Shown here: positions 1 to 10,667 of the stretch, in pieces | Position numbering within the stretch: the first letter of the stretch is position 1 | Layout: each line of letters opens with the position of its first letter | Source: an uncultured Rhodospirillaceae bacterium | GTDB taxonomy: Bacteria > Pseudomonadota > Alphaproteobacteria > MPNO01 > UBA830 | Direction of reading: 5' to 3' | DNA length: 64,000 bases | Assembly (NCBI GenBank): GCA_963974055.1 | Contig: CAXBCP010000009.1 | Location: 74,006 to 138,005, forward strand | Notes under the pieces: generated by a model | What the model was told of the DNA's origin: nothing | Databases searched by the model: none | Seen by the model: the letters and a program-made list of their open reading frames with translations, nothing else | Translations under genes and position numbers: made by a program

Positions 1-1233
1 GCGGCACAGCTCGGGTCCGTCGCGCGCGCCCTTGGGGCATGAAATCACGTTGGCCCGCCCCGCCGCGATCCGCGGACCCGGTTTCGCGGCCGGCCCGAAC
101 GCCTGTGCGGGCGGCACCTCCTCGACAAACGCATTTACCGCCGTCCGAATACCGCGCAGGGCGCCAAGCGCGCCGCCGGAACCCGCAGCCGCGCCGCGGG
201 CGTCTTGGAGGGGAAGGTTGACCAGAACCATCGGCAGGCCGGGAAACGTGTCGTCCCGCGGCGGCGCTGCCGCGATAATGCCGGTCTCCCCGATCATCCG
301 TGCGGCCCCCAGCGTACCGTTTGCCGTGACGACACAGGACACGGCCCCGCCCGCGAGATCCATTGCAACGAAGCCCGCACTGTCGAACGACGCCCCGGAC
401 TCGACCGCCGGCGGCGGCTGCTCGTCGGCCATCGCCCGCCATGCCGCCCGGGCTGCCGTCGCACCCGGGCCCGGCGGCATGTGCATTTCGTCATTACCGA
501 CATTCACGACTTCGGTCGCGAGCCATTTCGGGCGGTAATCCCGGAAGGCGCTGACCGGCACGTCGATCCCGGCCGTCTGCCCGAGCTCCGCCGCGAGCGA
601 TTTCGCAAGATCGCCGGCATAGAATTCGCCGGGGCCGCGGACGCGGATCCCCGCGATCATCGTCGAAAGCGCGGTCTGGCGAAGCATGTCGCCCTCGGCC
701 AGCGGCTTGCCGTCGGGTGCGAAAAGACGGCGCAGGCCGGGATCTGAAAACGCTTCGTCCGGCAGCCCTGCGATCTGGCGGGCAAAGGCGCGCGGCACCG
801 CATTCCCGAACCGCGCCAGGCGTTCCGCCGGCAGGAGCAACGCTTCCCATTTGAGCCGGCCGTACCGGGCATGCATGGCGAACATCCCGCGCACCGATCC
901 GGGAATCATGACGGCCCGGCTGCCGGCGCTGAACAGCGCCGGGCGGAAATCGATGGCCTCGACCTTGTCTCCGCCGCCGGCGTAAACCACGCAATACCCG
1001 CCGCCGCCCAGCGTCGCCGCCCCGGGATAGGTCACCGCGAGGGCAAAATACGTCGCCACGGCCGCGTCGACAGCGGTGCCGCCGGACGACAGGATATCGC
1101 GCCCGACCAGTGCCGAACGCGGCTCGTCCGAGACCACCCCGCCGAAATTCTCCACCAGGTGCCCGACCTGGCCTTCGGGCGGCGCGTCGCTGCCGCAGGC
1201 GGCGCAGATCAATCCTGCGCCGATCGCCGTCAT
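1..1233 (-). CDS. ggt: gamma-glutamyltransferase (GGT) family protein, 5' part only; the gene runs off the window start
   Basis: I translated the minus strand by eye from the ATG at 1233 (the track omits ORFs that run off the window edge, and this one reaches position 1 with no stop). It gives MTAIGAGLICAAC... with the GGT-family stretch GGTAVDAAVATYFALAVTYPGAATLGGGGY. The listed ORFs on both strands here are Arg/Pro-rich GC artefacts. Confidence 0.6.
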   Translation of the reverse strand, partial: MTAIGAGLICAACGSDAPPEGQVGHLVENFGGVVSDEPRSALVGRDILSSGGTAVDAAVATYFALAVTYPGAATLGGGGYCVVYAGGGDKVEAIDFRPALFSAGSRAVMIPGSVRGMFAMHARYGRLKWEALLLPAERLARFGNAVPRAFARQIAGLPDEAFSDPGLRRLFAPDGKPLAEGDMLRQTALSTMIAGIRVRGPGEFYAGDLAKSLAAELGQTAGIDVPVSAFRDYRPKWLATEVVNVGNDEMHMPPGPGATAARAAWRAMADEQPPPAVESGASFDSAGFVAMDLAGGAVSCVVTANGTLGAARMIGETGIIAAAPPRDDTFPGLPMVLVNLPLQDARGAAAGSGGALGALRGIRTAVNAFVEEVPPAQAFGPAAKPGPRIAAGRANVISCPKGARDGPELCR

Positions 1234-1291
1234 CAATTGACGGAACAGGGGGCGGCACCTACTTATAGGGCCAGGAACGAGAGTAAAGCCG

Positions 1292-2659
1292 TTGCGCACT
1301 GCAGTTTCCTCCATGGCAGCCACTGTTGCTGTCATCGCGATTGTATCGCTGTATATGTCGCTGGCACCCGCCCCGGCGCGGGCGGCCGGAATCCGCGATG
1401 CGGAGATCGAACATACCATCCGCACCTACGCTTCGCCACTTCTCCGCGCTGCCGGCATCGAACAGCGCGATTTCGGCCTGCACATCGTCAACGATTCGGC
1501 CCTGAACGCGTTCGTCGCCCGCGGCCAGCGTATTTTTCTGACCACGGGCCTGCTGATGTCGTCCGACCGCCCGGCCCAGGTTATCGGCGTGCTCGCCCAT
1601 GAAATGGGTCACATCACCGGCGGCCATCTCGCCCGGCTCGACGGCGCGCTGGACGACGCCCGCAACCAGGCCCTGATCGGCCAGCTTGTCGGGATCGCCA
1701 TCGGGCTGCTCGCCAGGGACGCGGGTGTCGCGGCGGCCGGCACCGCCGCGGGTACCGGCGTCGCGGTCAAGAACCTGCTCAAATACAGCCGGGCGCAGGA
1801 ACAGTCCGCCGACCAGGTCGCCGTCAACCTGCTCGACCAGACCGAGATTTCGGCCCGCGGCCTGCTGGAATTTTTCGAGCTGATGCAGGACCAGGAACTC
1901 CTGGTCCGGGCGCGGCAGGACGATTACGTGGTCACCCATCCTCTGACCCGGGACCGGATGTCGTTCATCCGGAATCATGTGGCGAAGTCGCGCCATTCCG
2001 ACAACCAGCTGCCGACGGTGTTGCAGGCCATGCATGACCGCATGGTCGCCAAGCTCAAGGGATTTATCAACCCGCCGGCACGGACGCTGAACGAATTCAA
2101 GGCGGACGATCCCTCGGTAATGGCCCGCTACGCCCGGGCCGTCGCCTATTACCGCGACGCCCGGCTGACCGAAGCGCTGCCGATCATCAGCGGCCTGATC
2201 GCCGAAGCGCCCGACGACCCGTATTTTCACGAACTAAAAGGCCAGGTCCTGTTCGAGAACGGCAAGCTCGAAGAGGCCCTGCCCGAATATCAGAAGGCCG
2301 TGGACCTGCGCCCGAAACAGCCGCTGCTGCGGGTCGGGCTCGCCCATGTCCAGCTGGAACTCAACCGCGACGACCTGCTGCCCGTCGCGCTGGGACATAT
2401 CAAGCAGGCGCTCCGCTACGACAACACGATGCCGCTGTCCTGGCGGCTGGCGGCAACCGCCTACGGCCGCAACGGCGAACTCGGGCTGTCGGCGCTTGCG
2501 CTGGCCGAACATAACCTGCTGATCGGCCGCCATCTCGATGCCGAAGGCCAGGCGAAAAAGGCCGTGCGGCTTCTATCGGCGAATTCCCCCGGCTGGCTCC
2601 GGGCGCAGGATATCGCGGCAACCGCCGAACGGGCCCGCAGGAAGAGAAAAGACCAGTAG
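1292..2659 (+). CDS. M48 family metallopeptidase with C-terminal TPR region (BepA/YfgC-like)
   Basis: 455 aa with an N-terminal signal peptide and the HEMGH zinc motif (VLAHEMGHITGGH). The C-terminal helical repeats resemble TPR. Confidence 0.75.
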   Translation: MRTAVSSMAATVAVIAIVSLYMSLAPAPARAAGIRDAEIEHTIRTYASPLLRAAGIEQRDFGLHIVNDSALNAFVARGQRIFLTTGLLMSSDRPAQVIGVLAHEMGHITGGHLARLDGALDDARNQALIGQLVGIAIGLLARDAGVAAAGTAAGTGVAVKNLLKYSRAQEQSADQVAVNLLDQTEISARGLLEFFELMQDQELLVRARQDDYVVTHPLTRDRMSFIRNHVAKSRHSDNQLPTVLQAMHDRMVAKLKGFINPPARTLNEFKADDPSVMARYARAVAYYRDARLTEALPIISGLIAEAPDDPYFHELKGQVLFENGKLEEALPEYQKAVDLRPKQPLLRVGLAHVQLELNRDDLLPVALGHIKQALRYDNTMPLSWRLAATAYGRNGELGLSALALAEHNLLIGRHLDAEGQAKKAVRLLSANSPGWLRAQDIAATAERARRKRKDQ

Positions 2660-2670
2660 ATGCAGGCGAT

Positions 2671-3471
2671 ATGAAAATACCAAACACCCGATACGGCACC
2701 GGCGGAACGGGCCGGCGCGCGGCCCGGGCGTTGACCGCGCTCGTTTTTATGACCGGCGTGACCGGCGCCGCATCCGCCCAGGCGCCTTCGCCCGCCTCTG
2801 CGGGAACCGCCGATAAAGCGGCAATCGAGAAGATCGTCCGCGACTACATCCTCGACAACCCCGAGATCGTCGCCGACGCGATCCAGCGCTTGCGGGAAAA
2901 AAAGAAACGGGCCGACAGCGCTGCCGATCTGCAGCGGCTCGCCGCGAACCGCGACGCGCTTCTCAACGACCCGGCCTCCCCGGTCGGCGGCAACCCGCAG
3001 GGCGATGTAACGATCGTCGAATTCTTCGACTACCGCTGCGGCGTCTGCAAACGCCTCCACCCGATCGTGGACGAACTGGTCAAGTCGGATCCGGATATCC
3101 GCCGGGTCTACAAGGACTGGCCCATCCTCGGGCCGAACTCGGTACTGGCCGCCCGCGCCGCGATCGCGTCGCGCAAACAGGGCAAGTACCTGTCCTTACA
3201 CAAGGTAATGATGGAATCCGGTTCCGCGTTCGGGGAAAGCGCCATCATGGCGATGGCCGAATCCGTCGGCATCGACGCCGCCCGGCTGCGCCGGGACATG
3301 CGCGCCGCCGAGACCGACGAAATCATCCGCAGAAATTATGCTCTCGCCGAGAAGCTGAAGCTGACCGGAACGCCGTCGATCGTGATCGGGGATACCCTGC
3401 TACGCGGCGCCCGCGACCTCGCATCGCTGCGGGCACTGGTCGCCGGGGCGCGCGCAGAAAAGAAACGGTAA
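2671..3471 (+). CDS. DsbA family thiol:disulfide oxidoreductase (thioredoxin fold)
   Basis: 266 aa with a signal peptide and a CxxC motif (YRCGVCKR). It directly follows the M48 peptidase, a pairing common in alphaproteobacteria. Confidence 0.7.
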   Translation: MKIPNTRYGTGGTGRRAARALTALVFMTGVTGAASAQAPSPASAGTADKAAIEKIVRDYILDNPEIVADAIQRLREKKKRADSAADLQRLAANRDALLNDPASPVGGNPQGDVTIVEFFDYRCGVCKRLHPIVDELVKSDPDIRRVYKDWPILGPNSVLAARAAIASRKQGKYLSLHKVMMESGSAFGESAIMAMAESVGIDAARLRRDMRAAETDEIIRRNYALAEKLKLTGTPSIVIGDTLLRGARDLASLRALVAGARAEKKR

Positions 3472-3537
3472 ACGGGCGGCGCCAATGGCCGTCGCAGGCG
3501 TCGCGCCCGCAATGCCTCGGCTTCCGGTTGCTTCGAT

Positions 3538-4272
3538 TCAGGGGAGCTTGGACGCCGCGCCGCGCAGCAGGTCCTCGATCACCTGCCCCATTTCCGACTG
3601 CGACAGTTTGCGGTCGGCATCCGTCCCGCCCCTGATCCGGGCGGATTTAAGACGCATACGCTCCAGCAGGCCGCCCATTCCGTGGGCGGATATCACCGAT
3701 GCATATTCCTGGCGCTTCATCACCATCAGACTGACGCCGTCGACGATCATATCCGTCGCCGTCGCGGTGCATTCGTCGACACTGATACGCCAGCCGACCT
3801 TCACAGCGCCGCCCCGGGCGCCTTTGACAATCGCCGTCACCAGACGGTCGTTCGATTGCAGAAGCCGGTTGTCGACTATCGTATAGGCCGCCGCGCGATA
3901 GCGCAGTATCTGTTCCGTCAGGCCGGGAAATACGGTCTCGCCGAACAGCTTTTCGTATTCGGCGCGCTGTGCTTCCGTGGCGCGTCGCCAGTGAACGCCA
4001 AGGGCATAACGGGAAACGATACCGACGGGCACCTTCGCGCGGATGAAGGCGTCCAGGTTTTCTTCCGCCGCGCCGTCGGCCACCTTCACCGTCGCGCGGT
4101 CGTACAGATCGCGGACGAACGTCTCCGCCATCGCCTGATCGCTCGCCGGGCAGGTACTCGCCAGCGCGCCGACAGGCAGGGCAGCCAGAACCGCCCCGAG
4201 GACCGGGATGAACCGTCCCCTGAGGGCGGCGATCGATTTTCTCATCGGTGCCATCTTAATCTGTATAACCAT
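3538..4272 (-). CDS. MlaC/Ttg2D-like periplasmic lipid-binding protein
   Basis: 244 aa with a signal peptide. The conserved block ...VGIVSRYALGVHWRRATEAQRAEYEKLFGETVFPG... is reminiscent of the toluene-tolerance Ttg2D/MlaC family. Confidence 0.5.
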   Translation of the reverse strand: MVIQIKMAPMRKSIAALRGRFIPVLGAVLAALPVGALASTCPASDQAMAETFVRDLYDRATVKVADGAAEENLDAFIRAKVPVGIVSRYALGVHWRRATEAQRAEYEKLFGETVFPGLTEQILRYRAAAYTIVDNRLLQSNDRLVTAIVKGARGGAVKVGWRISVDECTATATDMIVDGVSLMVMKRQEYASVISAHGMGGLLERMRLKSARIRGGTDADRKLSQSEMGQVIEDLLRGAASKLP

Positions 4273-4582
4273 TCAGAATACTTTTCGTTCCCGACACGCG
4301 GTCGCGGAACGGATTATCATCGGGAAACACCGCGCCATCGCCGCGACGGGTCCCCCGTTACGTCAAATTCTCCGGAAACGCATAAATCTCCCAAATCCTG
4401 CGGATGCCGGACGATAGACGCCGCTCGCCCCCGCCCGCAAAACCTGGAAAAACACGCAACAATCGCCCGACCGAAACGCTTCGGCCCTTGGAACGTTACA
4501 TGGGTCGCTGTGCCAATACAGTCAAGTCTGCAAGTATCCGGAGTATTCGTTAATGCGCCGCAGACGACGCAAAACCGAATAT

Positions 4583-5218
4583 TTAATCCGGCTGTTTCGA
4601 CGGTTGCGCGGAATCGAAGGCATCCAGCTTCATGCATTCGCCGAAAACACGCATCAGCGTCGGATAGGGCGTCAGGTCGCATTCGTAGCGCTGGGCGTTG
4701 AATACCTGGGGCACGATGCAGATATCGACCAGGCCGGGCGCGTCGCCATGACTGAACGTACCGGTTTCGCTATCGCCCGCCAGGCGCGCTTCGAGCGCGT
4801 TGAACCCTTCGTAAATCCAGTGCTGGTACCAGGTGACGTTAACCGCGTCCTTGTCGGCGCCCATTTCCTTCGCAAGGAATTTGAGAATCGCCAGGTTGTT
4901 CAGCGGATGAATATCGCAGGCGATGATATCCGCCAGCCCCCGCACCCGGGCGCGCCCGACCGCGTCCGCCGGCAGAAACGCCGGGTCCGGATGGGTTTCG
5001 TCGAGATATTCGAGAATTGCCATGGACTGGATCAGCGTATTGTCGCCATCGATCAGCGTCGGCACGCGGCCCTGCGGATTGATCTTCGCGTAATCGTCCC
5101 CGAACTGGTCGCCGTCCGGGAGGCTGATATTGATATGCTCCCACGCAATCCCTTTGAGATTGAGCGCGATCCGCACCCGGAAAGCCGCCGACGAGCGTGA
5201 AAAACCGTAAAGCTTCAT
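4583..5218 (-). CDS. maiA: maleylacetoacetate isomerase (zeta-class glutathione S-transferase)
   Basis: 211 aa. The N-terminus MKLYGFSRSSAAFRVRIALNLKGI is typical of MaiA/GSTZ. Confidence 0.75.
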   Translation of the reverse strand: MKLYGFSRSSAAFRVRIALNLKGIAWEHINISLPDGDQFGDDYAKINPQGRVPTLIDGDNTLIQSMAILEYLDETHPDPAFLPADAVGRARVRGLADIIACDIHPLNNLAILKFLAKEMGADKDAVNVTWYQHWIYEGFNALEARLAGDSETGTFSHGDAPGLVDICIVPQVFNAQRYECDLTPYPTLMRVFGECMKLDAFDSAQPSKQPD

Positions 5219-5291
5219 ATCGTTTCCCCTGGATATCCGTGGGCGAGTTTAGGGACTTCGCCGCCCCCGATCCAGCCGGTGACCGCCGGAT

Positions 5292-6455
5292 TCAGATATA
5301 ATATTCGTTGAGCGGCGGAAAGCCGTTGAAACCGATCGACGCATAGGTCGACGTATAGGCGCCCGTGCTGAGCAGTTCGATCTTGTCGCCGCTGTCGAGC
5401 GCGAGCGGCAGCTGGTATTCGGTCTTCTTGTACAGAACGTCCACTTCGTCGCAGGTCGGGCCGGCCAGAACGACGGGCCCGACCGGGCCGCCGTCATGGG
5501 CGGTGGTAATACGGTACTGGATCGCTTCCTCGTATGTTTCGGGGAGACCGCCGAATTTTCCGACATCCAGGAACACCCAGCGCCGGTCCGGCTCCCGGGA
5601 TTTTTCGGCGACCAGTACGACTTCCGACTGGATGATGCCGGCATCCCCGGCAATGCTCCGTCCGGGCTCGGCAATAATGCGCGGCGGGCGGTTGCCGAAA
5701 TGCTTGACGATCGAGGCGCGGATGATTTCGCCGTAATTCTCGACCGGCTCGATATCCTGCAGATACCGGGCGGGGAAGCCGCCGCCCATATTCATCAGTT
5801 CCAGCTCGACGCCGCGGGCGCCGAGCGCGGAAAACACGAAGGCGGCGCGCTCGATGGCGACGTCCCACTGACCGAGGTTGCGCTGCTGCGAGCCGACATG
5901 AAACGACACACCGGCGGGGACCAGCCCGTCCTCGGCGGCCTGGCACAGCAATTCGATAGCCAGATCGGGCTCGCACCCGAATTTCCGCGATAACGGCCAG
6001 TCCGACCCGGCGCCGTCCATGAATATCCGGCAGAACACCCTGGCGCCGGGAGCATTCGCCGCCAGTTTTGCAAGTTCGGCGCGGCTGTCGAAAGCGAACA
6101 GGTCGATCCCGTATTCATGGGCCTTCGCGATATCCCGGGCCTTCTTGATCGTATTGCCATAGGCGATGCGGTCCGGCGACGCGCCGATATCCAGGCAGGT
6201 TTCGATTTCATAGATGCTCGCGGTATCGAAAAACGATCCCATCGGCAGCAGAGTCGTCAGGACTTCTTTTGCCGGATTCGCCTTCACGGCGTAGAAAATA
6301 TCCGCTTGGGGCAAAACCCGCTGAAGGTCCCGGTAATTGTCGGCAATAACGTCGAGATCGACCACGAGACAGGGCGTCTCGGGCCGGCGTTCTTCCAGGA
6401 ATTTGCGAATTTTCTCTGTCATGGCGCGGGGGTTGTAATCCCCTCTTACCGGCAA
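5292..6455 (-). CDS. ornithine/lysine decarboxylase, PLP-dependent fold-type III (Orn/DAP/Arg decarboxylase family 2)
   Basis: 387 aa. It carries the PLP lysine region (FYAVKAN), a glycine-rich GGGF motif and a conserved C-terminal beta-sandwich region. Confidence 0.75.
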   Translation of the reverse strand: MPVRGDYNPRAMTEKIRKFLEERRPETPCLVVDLDVIADNYRDLQRVLPQADIFYAVKANPAKEVLTTLLPMGSFFDTASIYEIETCLDIGASPDRIAYGNTIKKARDIAKAHEYGIDLFAFDSRAELAKLAANAPGARVFCRIFMDGAGSDWPLSRKFGCEPDLAIELLCQAAEDGLVPAGVSFHVGSQQRNLGQWDVAIERAAFVFSALGARGVELELMNMGGGFPARYLQDIEPVENYGEIIRASIVKHFGNRPPRIIAEPGRSIAGDAGIIQSEVVLVAEKSREPDRRWVFLDVGKFGGLPETYEEAIQYRITTAHDGGPVGPVVLAGPTCDEVDVLYKKTEYQLPLALDSGDKIELLSTGAYTSTYASIGFNGFPPLNEYYI

Positions 6456-6472
6456 CGCAAAGGGTATTTACG

Positions 6473-6913
6473 CTACTTGAATCCGCCTTCCATAAACTGG
6501 AGCCCGAACATGGCGCCGCCGGCCAGCGCACCCAGCATCACCATGATCAGAACAAGGCGCACCGGGCTGGATTTTTTCTTGATTTTGCGCTTTTGGGCGA
6601 CCTTTCTGCGCTGCACGGTATCGGCTTGGCGCTTCTTGCGCGCCTGTCCGGCATTCTGGCGCACGTTCTTCGACTTGCGCAATTGCTCGGCATTTTCCGC
6701 GGCAACCTTGCTGCCCCGGTAGATCGTGCGGGTCTTGGTTTCCTGCGTCGCCTCGACATAGACCTCCTCGACGACCCGAATACCGGAATAGCGCCCGCTT
6801 TCGTCCATGCGCTGGGCTTCGAACATCGCCAGGTCCCTGTCATCGAAGACAGAATCGATCTTCCATTTTCCACTTTGGTAAGTGTGGATTTCGAATGCTT
6901 TCATATCTGACAT
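6473..6913 (-). CDS. hypothetical basic protein with C-terminal transmembrane helix
   Basis: 146 aa with normal, non-artefactual composition and a Lys/Arg-rich middle region followed by a hydrophobic C-terminus. It lies immediately upstream of the decarboxylase on the same strand. Confidence 0.4.
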   Translation of the reverse strand: MSDMKAFEIHTYQSGKWKIDSVFDDRDLAMFEAQRMDESGRYSGIRVVEEVYVEATQETKTRTIYRGSKVAAENAEQLRKSKNVRQNAGQARKKRQADTVQRRKVAQKRKIKKKSSPVRLVLIMVMLGALAGGAMFGLQFMEGGFK

Positions 6914-6940
6914 GGCGATACCGGCTCCCTTTCGGCCGAC

Positions 6941-7426
6941 TTATCCGTTCGGAACTTCGCGGCAGTTCGCTGCGCCGAGAAGTCCTGAAACGTTTATGCC
7001 ATCGTCGCTCATGGGCATGATGATGCTGCGATACAGCACCTTCATGCCGTCATACTTGATAAATTCGCCGCCGCGCGAAATCGGCACGCCGCGATGGAGA
7101 ATTTCCTGATAATACGAAGCGGCATGTTCGATCAGCGACCCGGCGGGCACGTCCGACAGCGTCAGATTGCGAACGGGTTCCGGCAGATATGCCTGCAGTT
7201 GGCCGCCGACCGTCCGGACAACCGGATTGTCTTCATGGCCGACGATGTCGAGAACGAAGCAGTAGTCCCAGATTTCCGCAATCTGACTGGGATCGACATC
7301 GGCAAATGACGGGTACTGGTCGGTCCCGCACCATTCGCGCCACTGGGACAGGAGACGAAGCACCATGCGGCGCTCCATTCCCTGAGGCGCCTCGGGGGGC
7401 GCGGAAGATGTACTTTGCGTATCCAT
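6941..7426 (-). CDS. PAS-like domain protein (small stand-alone sensor-type protein)
   Basis: 161 aa with balanced composition. It resembles the small PAS-fold proteins widespread in Rhodospirillales and Rhizobiales. Confidence 0.4.
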   Translation of the reverse strand: MDTQSTSSAPPEAPQGMERRMVLRLLSQWREWCGTDQYPSFADVDPSQIAEIWDYCFVLDIVGHEDNPVVRTVGGQLQAYLPEPVRNLTLSDVPAGSLIEHAASYYQEILHRGVPISRGGEFIKYDGMKVLYRSIIMPMSDDGINVSGLLGAANCREVPNG

Positions 7427-7615
7427 GCCTTGGATAATCGGACAAAGTGGTTAAATTCCCGTAAAATTGTGGATAACTCGGTAAAGGCTCCCCAGCCCGC
7501 CGCTTCGGGGGTCCGGTGGGTGCCGTATGCACCCCCCGATCCGGTGCGCCGTCTTCCCGGAATGCCGGGGTATAGCCGCCATTCGCCAAGTGATTCGTGA
7601 TAAGATCGGGCGTTA

Positions 7616-8104
7616 TTGTCGCCAGTCAGAAACCAGAGCGTGAAATTGTCTGCTCCCGTGCGCATACTGATCCTCAACGGTCCCAACCTGAACATGCTCG
7701 GTGTTCGGGAGCCGCATATCTACGGCCATGAAAGCCTGGACGACATTCGGGCGTCATGCGACGAACGCGCGGCAAAGGTCGGCGCCACCGTCGATTTCCG
7801 CCAGAGCAACAGCGAAGCGGACCTGATCGACTGGATACAGCAGGCCCGCGGCACCGCCGACGGCATTATCATCAACCCGGCCGCCTTCACCCATACATCG
7901 GTCGCCATTCTCGATGCCCTGGTGCTGAGCGAACTGCCGGTCGTGGAAATTCACATCTCAAACATTTTTCGCCGCGAAAGTTTTCGCCAGCATTCCTACG
8001 TTTCAGCGGGTGCGACCGGTATCATTTCCGGTTTCGGCGCGCGCGGATACCTGCTGGCGATCGATGCGCTGGTGGGACTGACAGAAGCCAAGAAGGACGC
8101 CTGA
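7616..8104 (+). CDS. aroQ: type II 3-dehydroquinate dehydratase
   Basis: Motifs ILILNGPNLNMLGVREPHIYG and IINPAAFTHTSVAILDA are present. The true start may be a downstream GTG (an N-terminal extension is uncertain). Confidence 0.8.
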   Translation: MSPVRNQSVKLSAPVRILILNGPNLNMLGVREPHIYGHESLDDIRASCDERAAKVGATVDFRQSNSEADLIDWIQQARGTADGIIINPAAFTHTSVAILDALVLSELPVVEIHISNIFRRESFRQHSYVSAGATGIISGFGARGYLLAIDALVGLTEAKKDA

Positions 8105-8553
8105 TGGCCAACAAGTTCGACGTCGACCCCGATCTGGTCCGAAAGCTCGCAGAATTGCTGGGCGAAAACGGGCTGAGCGAGATCGAATATGAAAGCACCG
8201 GCCGCCGGATAAGAGTCGCCCGGCAGGTCACCGGCGGCGTATCGCACGTTTCCTATGAAACCGGCCCCTCGGCGGCGCCGGCGGCACCGCCGGCAGCGGA
8301 GGCGGCACCGGCCCGCACCGGCACCCCGATCGTATCGCCGATGGTCGGCACGGTGTTCATGTCGCCGGAACCGGGCGCCGAGCCGTTCATCAGGGTCGGC
8401 GACGTCATCACCGAGGGCCAGACCGTCATGCTGATCGAGGCGATGAAGACCTACAATCCGGTCCGCGCCACGGCAGGCGGCAAAGTGCTTCAGATCCTCG
8501 TCGGAGATTCGACCCCGGTCGAATTCGGCGAGGAACTGTTGCTGGTCGAATAG
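8104..8553 (+). CDS. accB: acetyl-CoA carboxylase biotin carboxyl carrier protein
   Basis: It starts at MANKFDVDP, inside the longer listed ORF 7756..8553. It has the Ala/Pro linker and the biotinylation motif EAMKT. Confidence 0.85.
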   Translation: MANKFDVDPDLVRKLAELLGENGLSEIEYESTGRRIRVARQVTGGVSHVSYETGPSAAPAAPPAAEAAPARTGTPIVSPMVGTVFMSPEPGAEPFIRVGDVITEGQTVMLIEAMKTYNPVRATAGGKVLQILVGDSTPVEFGEELLLVE

Positions 8554-8584
8554 CAGCCGGTCCCGGCACGGACCGGTATAGAAA

Positions 8585-9934
8585 ATGTTCGAAAAAGTCC
8601 TGATCGCCAATCGCGGTGAAATCGCCCTGCGGATTCACCGCGCCTGCAAGGAAATGGGTATATCGACGGTCGCGGTGCATTCCACCGCGGACGCGGACGC
8701 CATGCATGTGCGGCTGGCCGACGAGAGCGTGTGTATCGGCCCGCCATCGGCCAAGGAAAGCTATCTGAATATTCCGGCGATCGTGTCCGCCGCGACCATT
8801 ACCGGCGCCGATGCCGTCCACCCGGGATACGGCTTCCTGTCGGAAGAGGCGAGCTTCGCGTCGATCCTGGAGGAACACGGGTTCACCTTTATCGGGCCGA
8901 GCGCCGAACATATCGCGCTGATGGGCGACAAGGTCGCCGCCAAGCAGGCGGTCGAGGCGAACGGCGTGCCGGTGGTGCCGGGATCGGCGGGCGCCGTCGA
9001 ATCGGTCTCCGACGCGCGGGCCATCGCCGACGAAATAGGCTACCCGGTCCTGATCAAGGCGGCCGGCGGCGGCGGCGGACGCGGAATGCAGATCGTCCGC
9101 AGCGCCGACCAGGTCGAGAACGCCTATACGATGGCACGGACGGAGGCCAAGGCGAGCTTCCGCAACGACACCGTCTACATGGAAAAGTTCCTCGAAAAGC
9201 CGCGCCATATCGAGGTCCAGGTCTTCGCCGACGGCCAGGGCGGCGCGGTCCATCTGGGCGAGCGCGACTGCTCGCTCCAGCGCCGCCATCAGAAGGTTCT
9301 CGAAGAAGCCCGCTCGCCCGCACTGGACGACCGCCAGCGCGAGAAAATCGGCAAGATCGCCGCCGACGCGGTACGCCGGATCGGCTACGCCAACGCGGGG
9401 ACGATCGAATTCCTGTTCGAGAACGGCGAATTCTACTTCATCGAAATGAACACGCGCCTGCAGGTCGAGCATCCGGTGACCGAAATGATTACCGGCATCG
9501 ACATGGTGCGCGAACAGATCCGCGTCGCCGCCGGGTCGCCCCTGTCGTTCACGCAGTCCGACATAACCTTCCAGGGCCATGCGATCGAATGCCGGATCAC
9601 CGCGGAGCATCCCGAGACCTTTATTCCGTCGCCCGGCAGGGTCACCGACTATCACCCGCCCGGCGGGCTGTCCGTGCGGGTCGATTCCGGCCTCTATGCG
9701 GGCTACGAAATACCGCCCTATTACGACAGCCTTGTCGCCAAGCTAATCGTGTACGGGCGCGACCGGAGCGAATGCCTGATGCGTCTGCGGCGGTCGCTGG
9801 AAGAATATGTGATCGGCGGCATCGAAACGACCATCCCGCTTCATGCGAGAATTATCGAAAATTCCGATTTCATAAACGGCGATTATGATATCCATTGGCT
9901 GGAACGTTTCGTTGCCGGGGAAATCGACGGGTAA
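8585..9934 (+). CDS. accC: acetyl-CoA carboxylase biotin carboxylase subunit
   Basis: 449 aa with [17 protein letters not shown] and an ATP-grasp domain. Confidence 0.9.
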   Translation: MFEKVLIANRGEIALRIHRACKEMGISTVAVHSTADADAMHVRLADESVCIGPPSAKESYLNIPAIVSAATITGADAVHPGYGFLSEEASFASILEEHGFTFIGPSAEHIALMGDKVAAKQAVEANGVPVVPGSAGAVESVSDARAIADEIGYPVLIKAAGGGGGRGMQIVRSADQVENAYTMARTEAKASFRNDTVYMEKFLEKPRHIEVQVFADGQGGAVHLGERDCSLQRRHQKVLEEARSPALDDRQREKIGKIAADAVRRIGYANAGTIEFLFENGEFYFIEMNTRLQVEHPVTEMITGIDMVREQIRVAAGSPLSFTQSDITFQGHAIECRITAEHPETFIPSPGRVTDYHPPGGLSVRVDSGLYAGYEIPPYYDSLVAKLIVYGRDRSECLMRLRRSLEEYVIGGIETTIPLHARIIENSDFINGDYDIHWLERFVAGEIDG

Positions 9935-10016
9935 GCGGCCTGCGTCGTAACGGCCGTCAGCGGGGCGATCCGCAACCGAACGATCTGTATACGAACGATC
10001 TGTATAATCGCGGCCA

Positions 10017-10667
10017 ATGACCAAGCTGACGCCAGAAATCCTGTTACGCGCCTATGCGGTCGGCCTGTTTCCGATGGCCGAGCGGCGGGACGATCCGACG
10101 CTGTTCTGGATCGATCCGGAAAAGCGCGGGATATTGCCGCTCGACGGTTTTCACGTCTCGCGGCGGCTGCGCCGGACGGTCCGCAACGGACCTTACGAAG
10201 TCCGCTCCGACACCGCCTTCAGTGCCGTCGTCCGCGCCTGCGCCGCGCCGGGACCGAAACGCGGCGACACCTGGATCAACGACGAAATCGAATCCCTGTA
10301 TGCCGACCTGCACGAACTCGGACGGGCGCACAGCGTCGAAACCTGGCTCGACGGGGAACTGGTGGGCGGGCTCTACGGGGTTTCCCTCGGCGCCGCGTTT
10401 TTCGGCGAAAGCATGTTCAGCCTGGCCCGGGACGCCAGCAAGGTGGCGCTTGTCCATCTGGTCGCCCGGCTCGTCAAGGCGGGTTTCGAACTGCTCGACA
10501 CCCAGTTCGTCACCGATCACCTGACCCAGTTCGGCGTCGTCGAACTGCCGCGCGCCGGGTACCGTCAATTGCTGTCCTCGGCGCTGGACAGGACCGCGAC
10601 GTTCGACCCCGAACTGTCTCAGTCCGAACTGGAAGCCTTTTTGCAGTCGATCACCCAGACGTCGTAG
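10017..10667 (+). CDS. aat: leucyl/phenylalanyl-tRNA--protein transferase
   Basis: 216 aa with [14 protein letters not shown]...[14 protein letters not shown]. Confidence 0.8.
   Translation: MTKLTPEILLRAYAVGLFPMAERRDDPTLFWIDPEKRGILPLDGFHVSRRLRRTVRNGPYEVRSDTAFSAVVRACAAPGPKRGDTWINDEIESLYADLHELGRAHSVETWLDGELVGGLYGVSLGAAFFGESMFSLARDASKVALVHLVARLVKAGFELLDTQFVTDHLTQFGVVELPRAGYRQLLSSALDRTATFDPELSQSELEAFLQSITQTS

Noticed and set aside
32-1258. Several long ORFs on both strands (32..538 +, 205..747 +, 494..1258 -) covering the first 1.2 kb
   Set aside because: They have Arg/Pro/Gly-rich low-complexity translations typical of wrong-frame reading in about 65% GC DNA. The real gene is the unlisted minus-strand GGT-family ORF that runs off the window edge.
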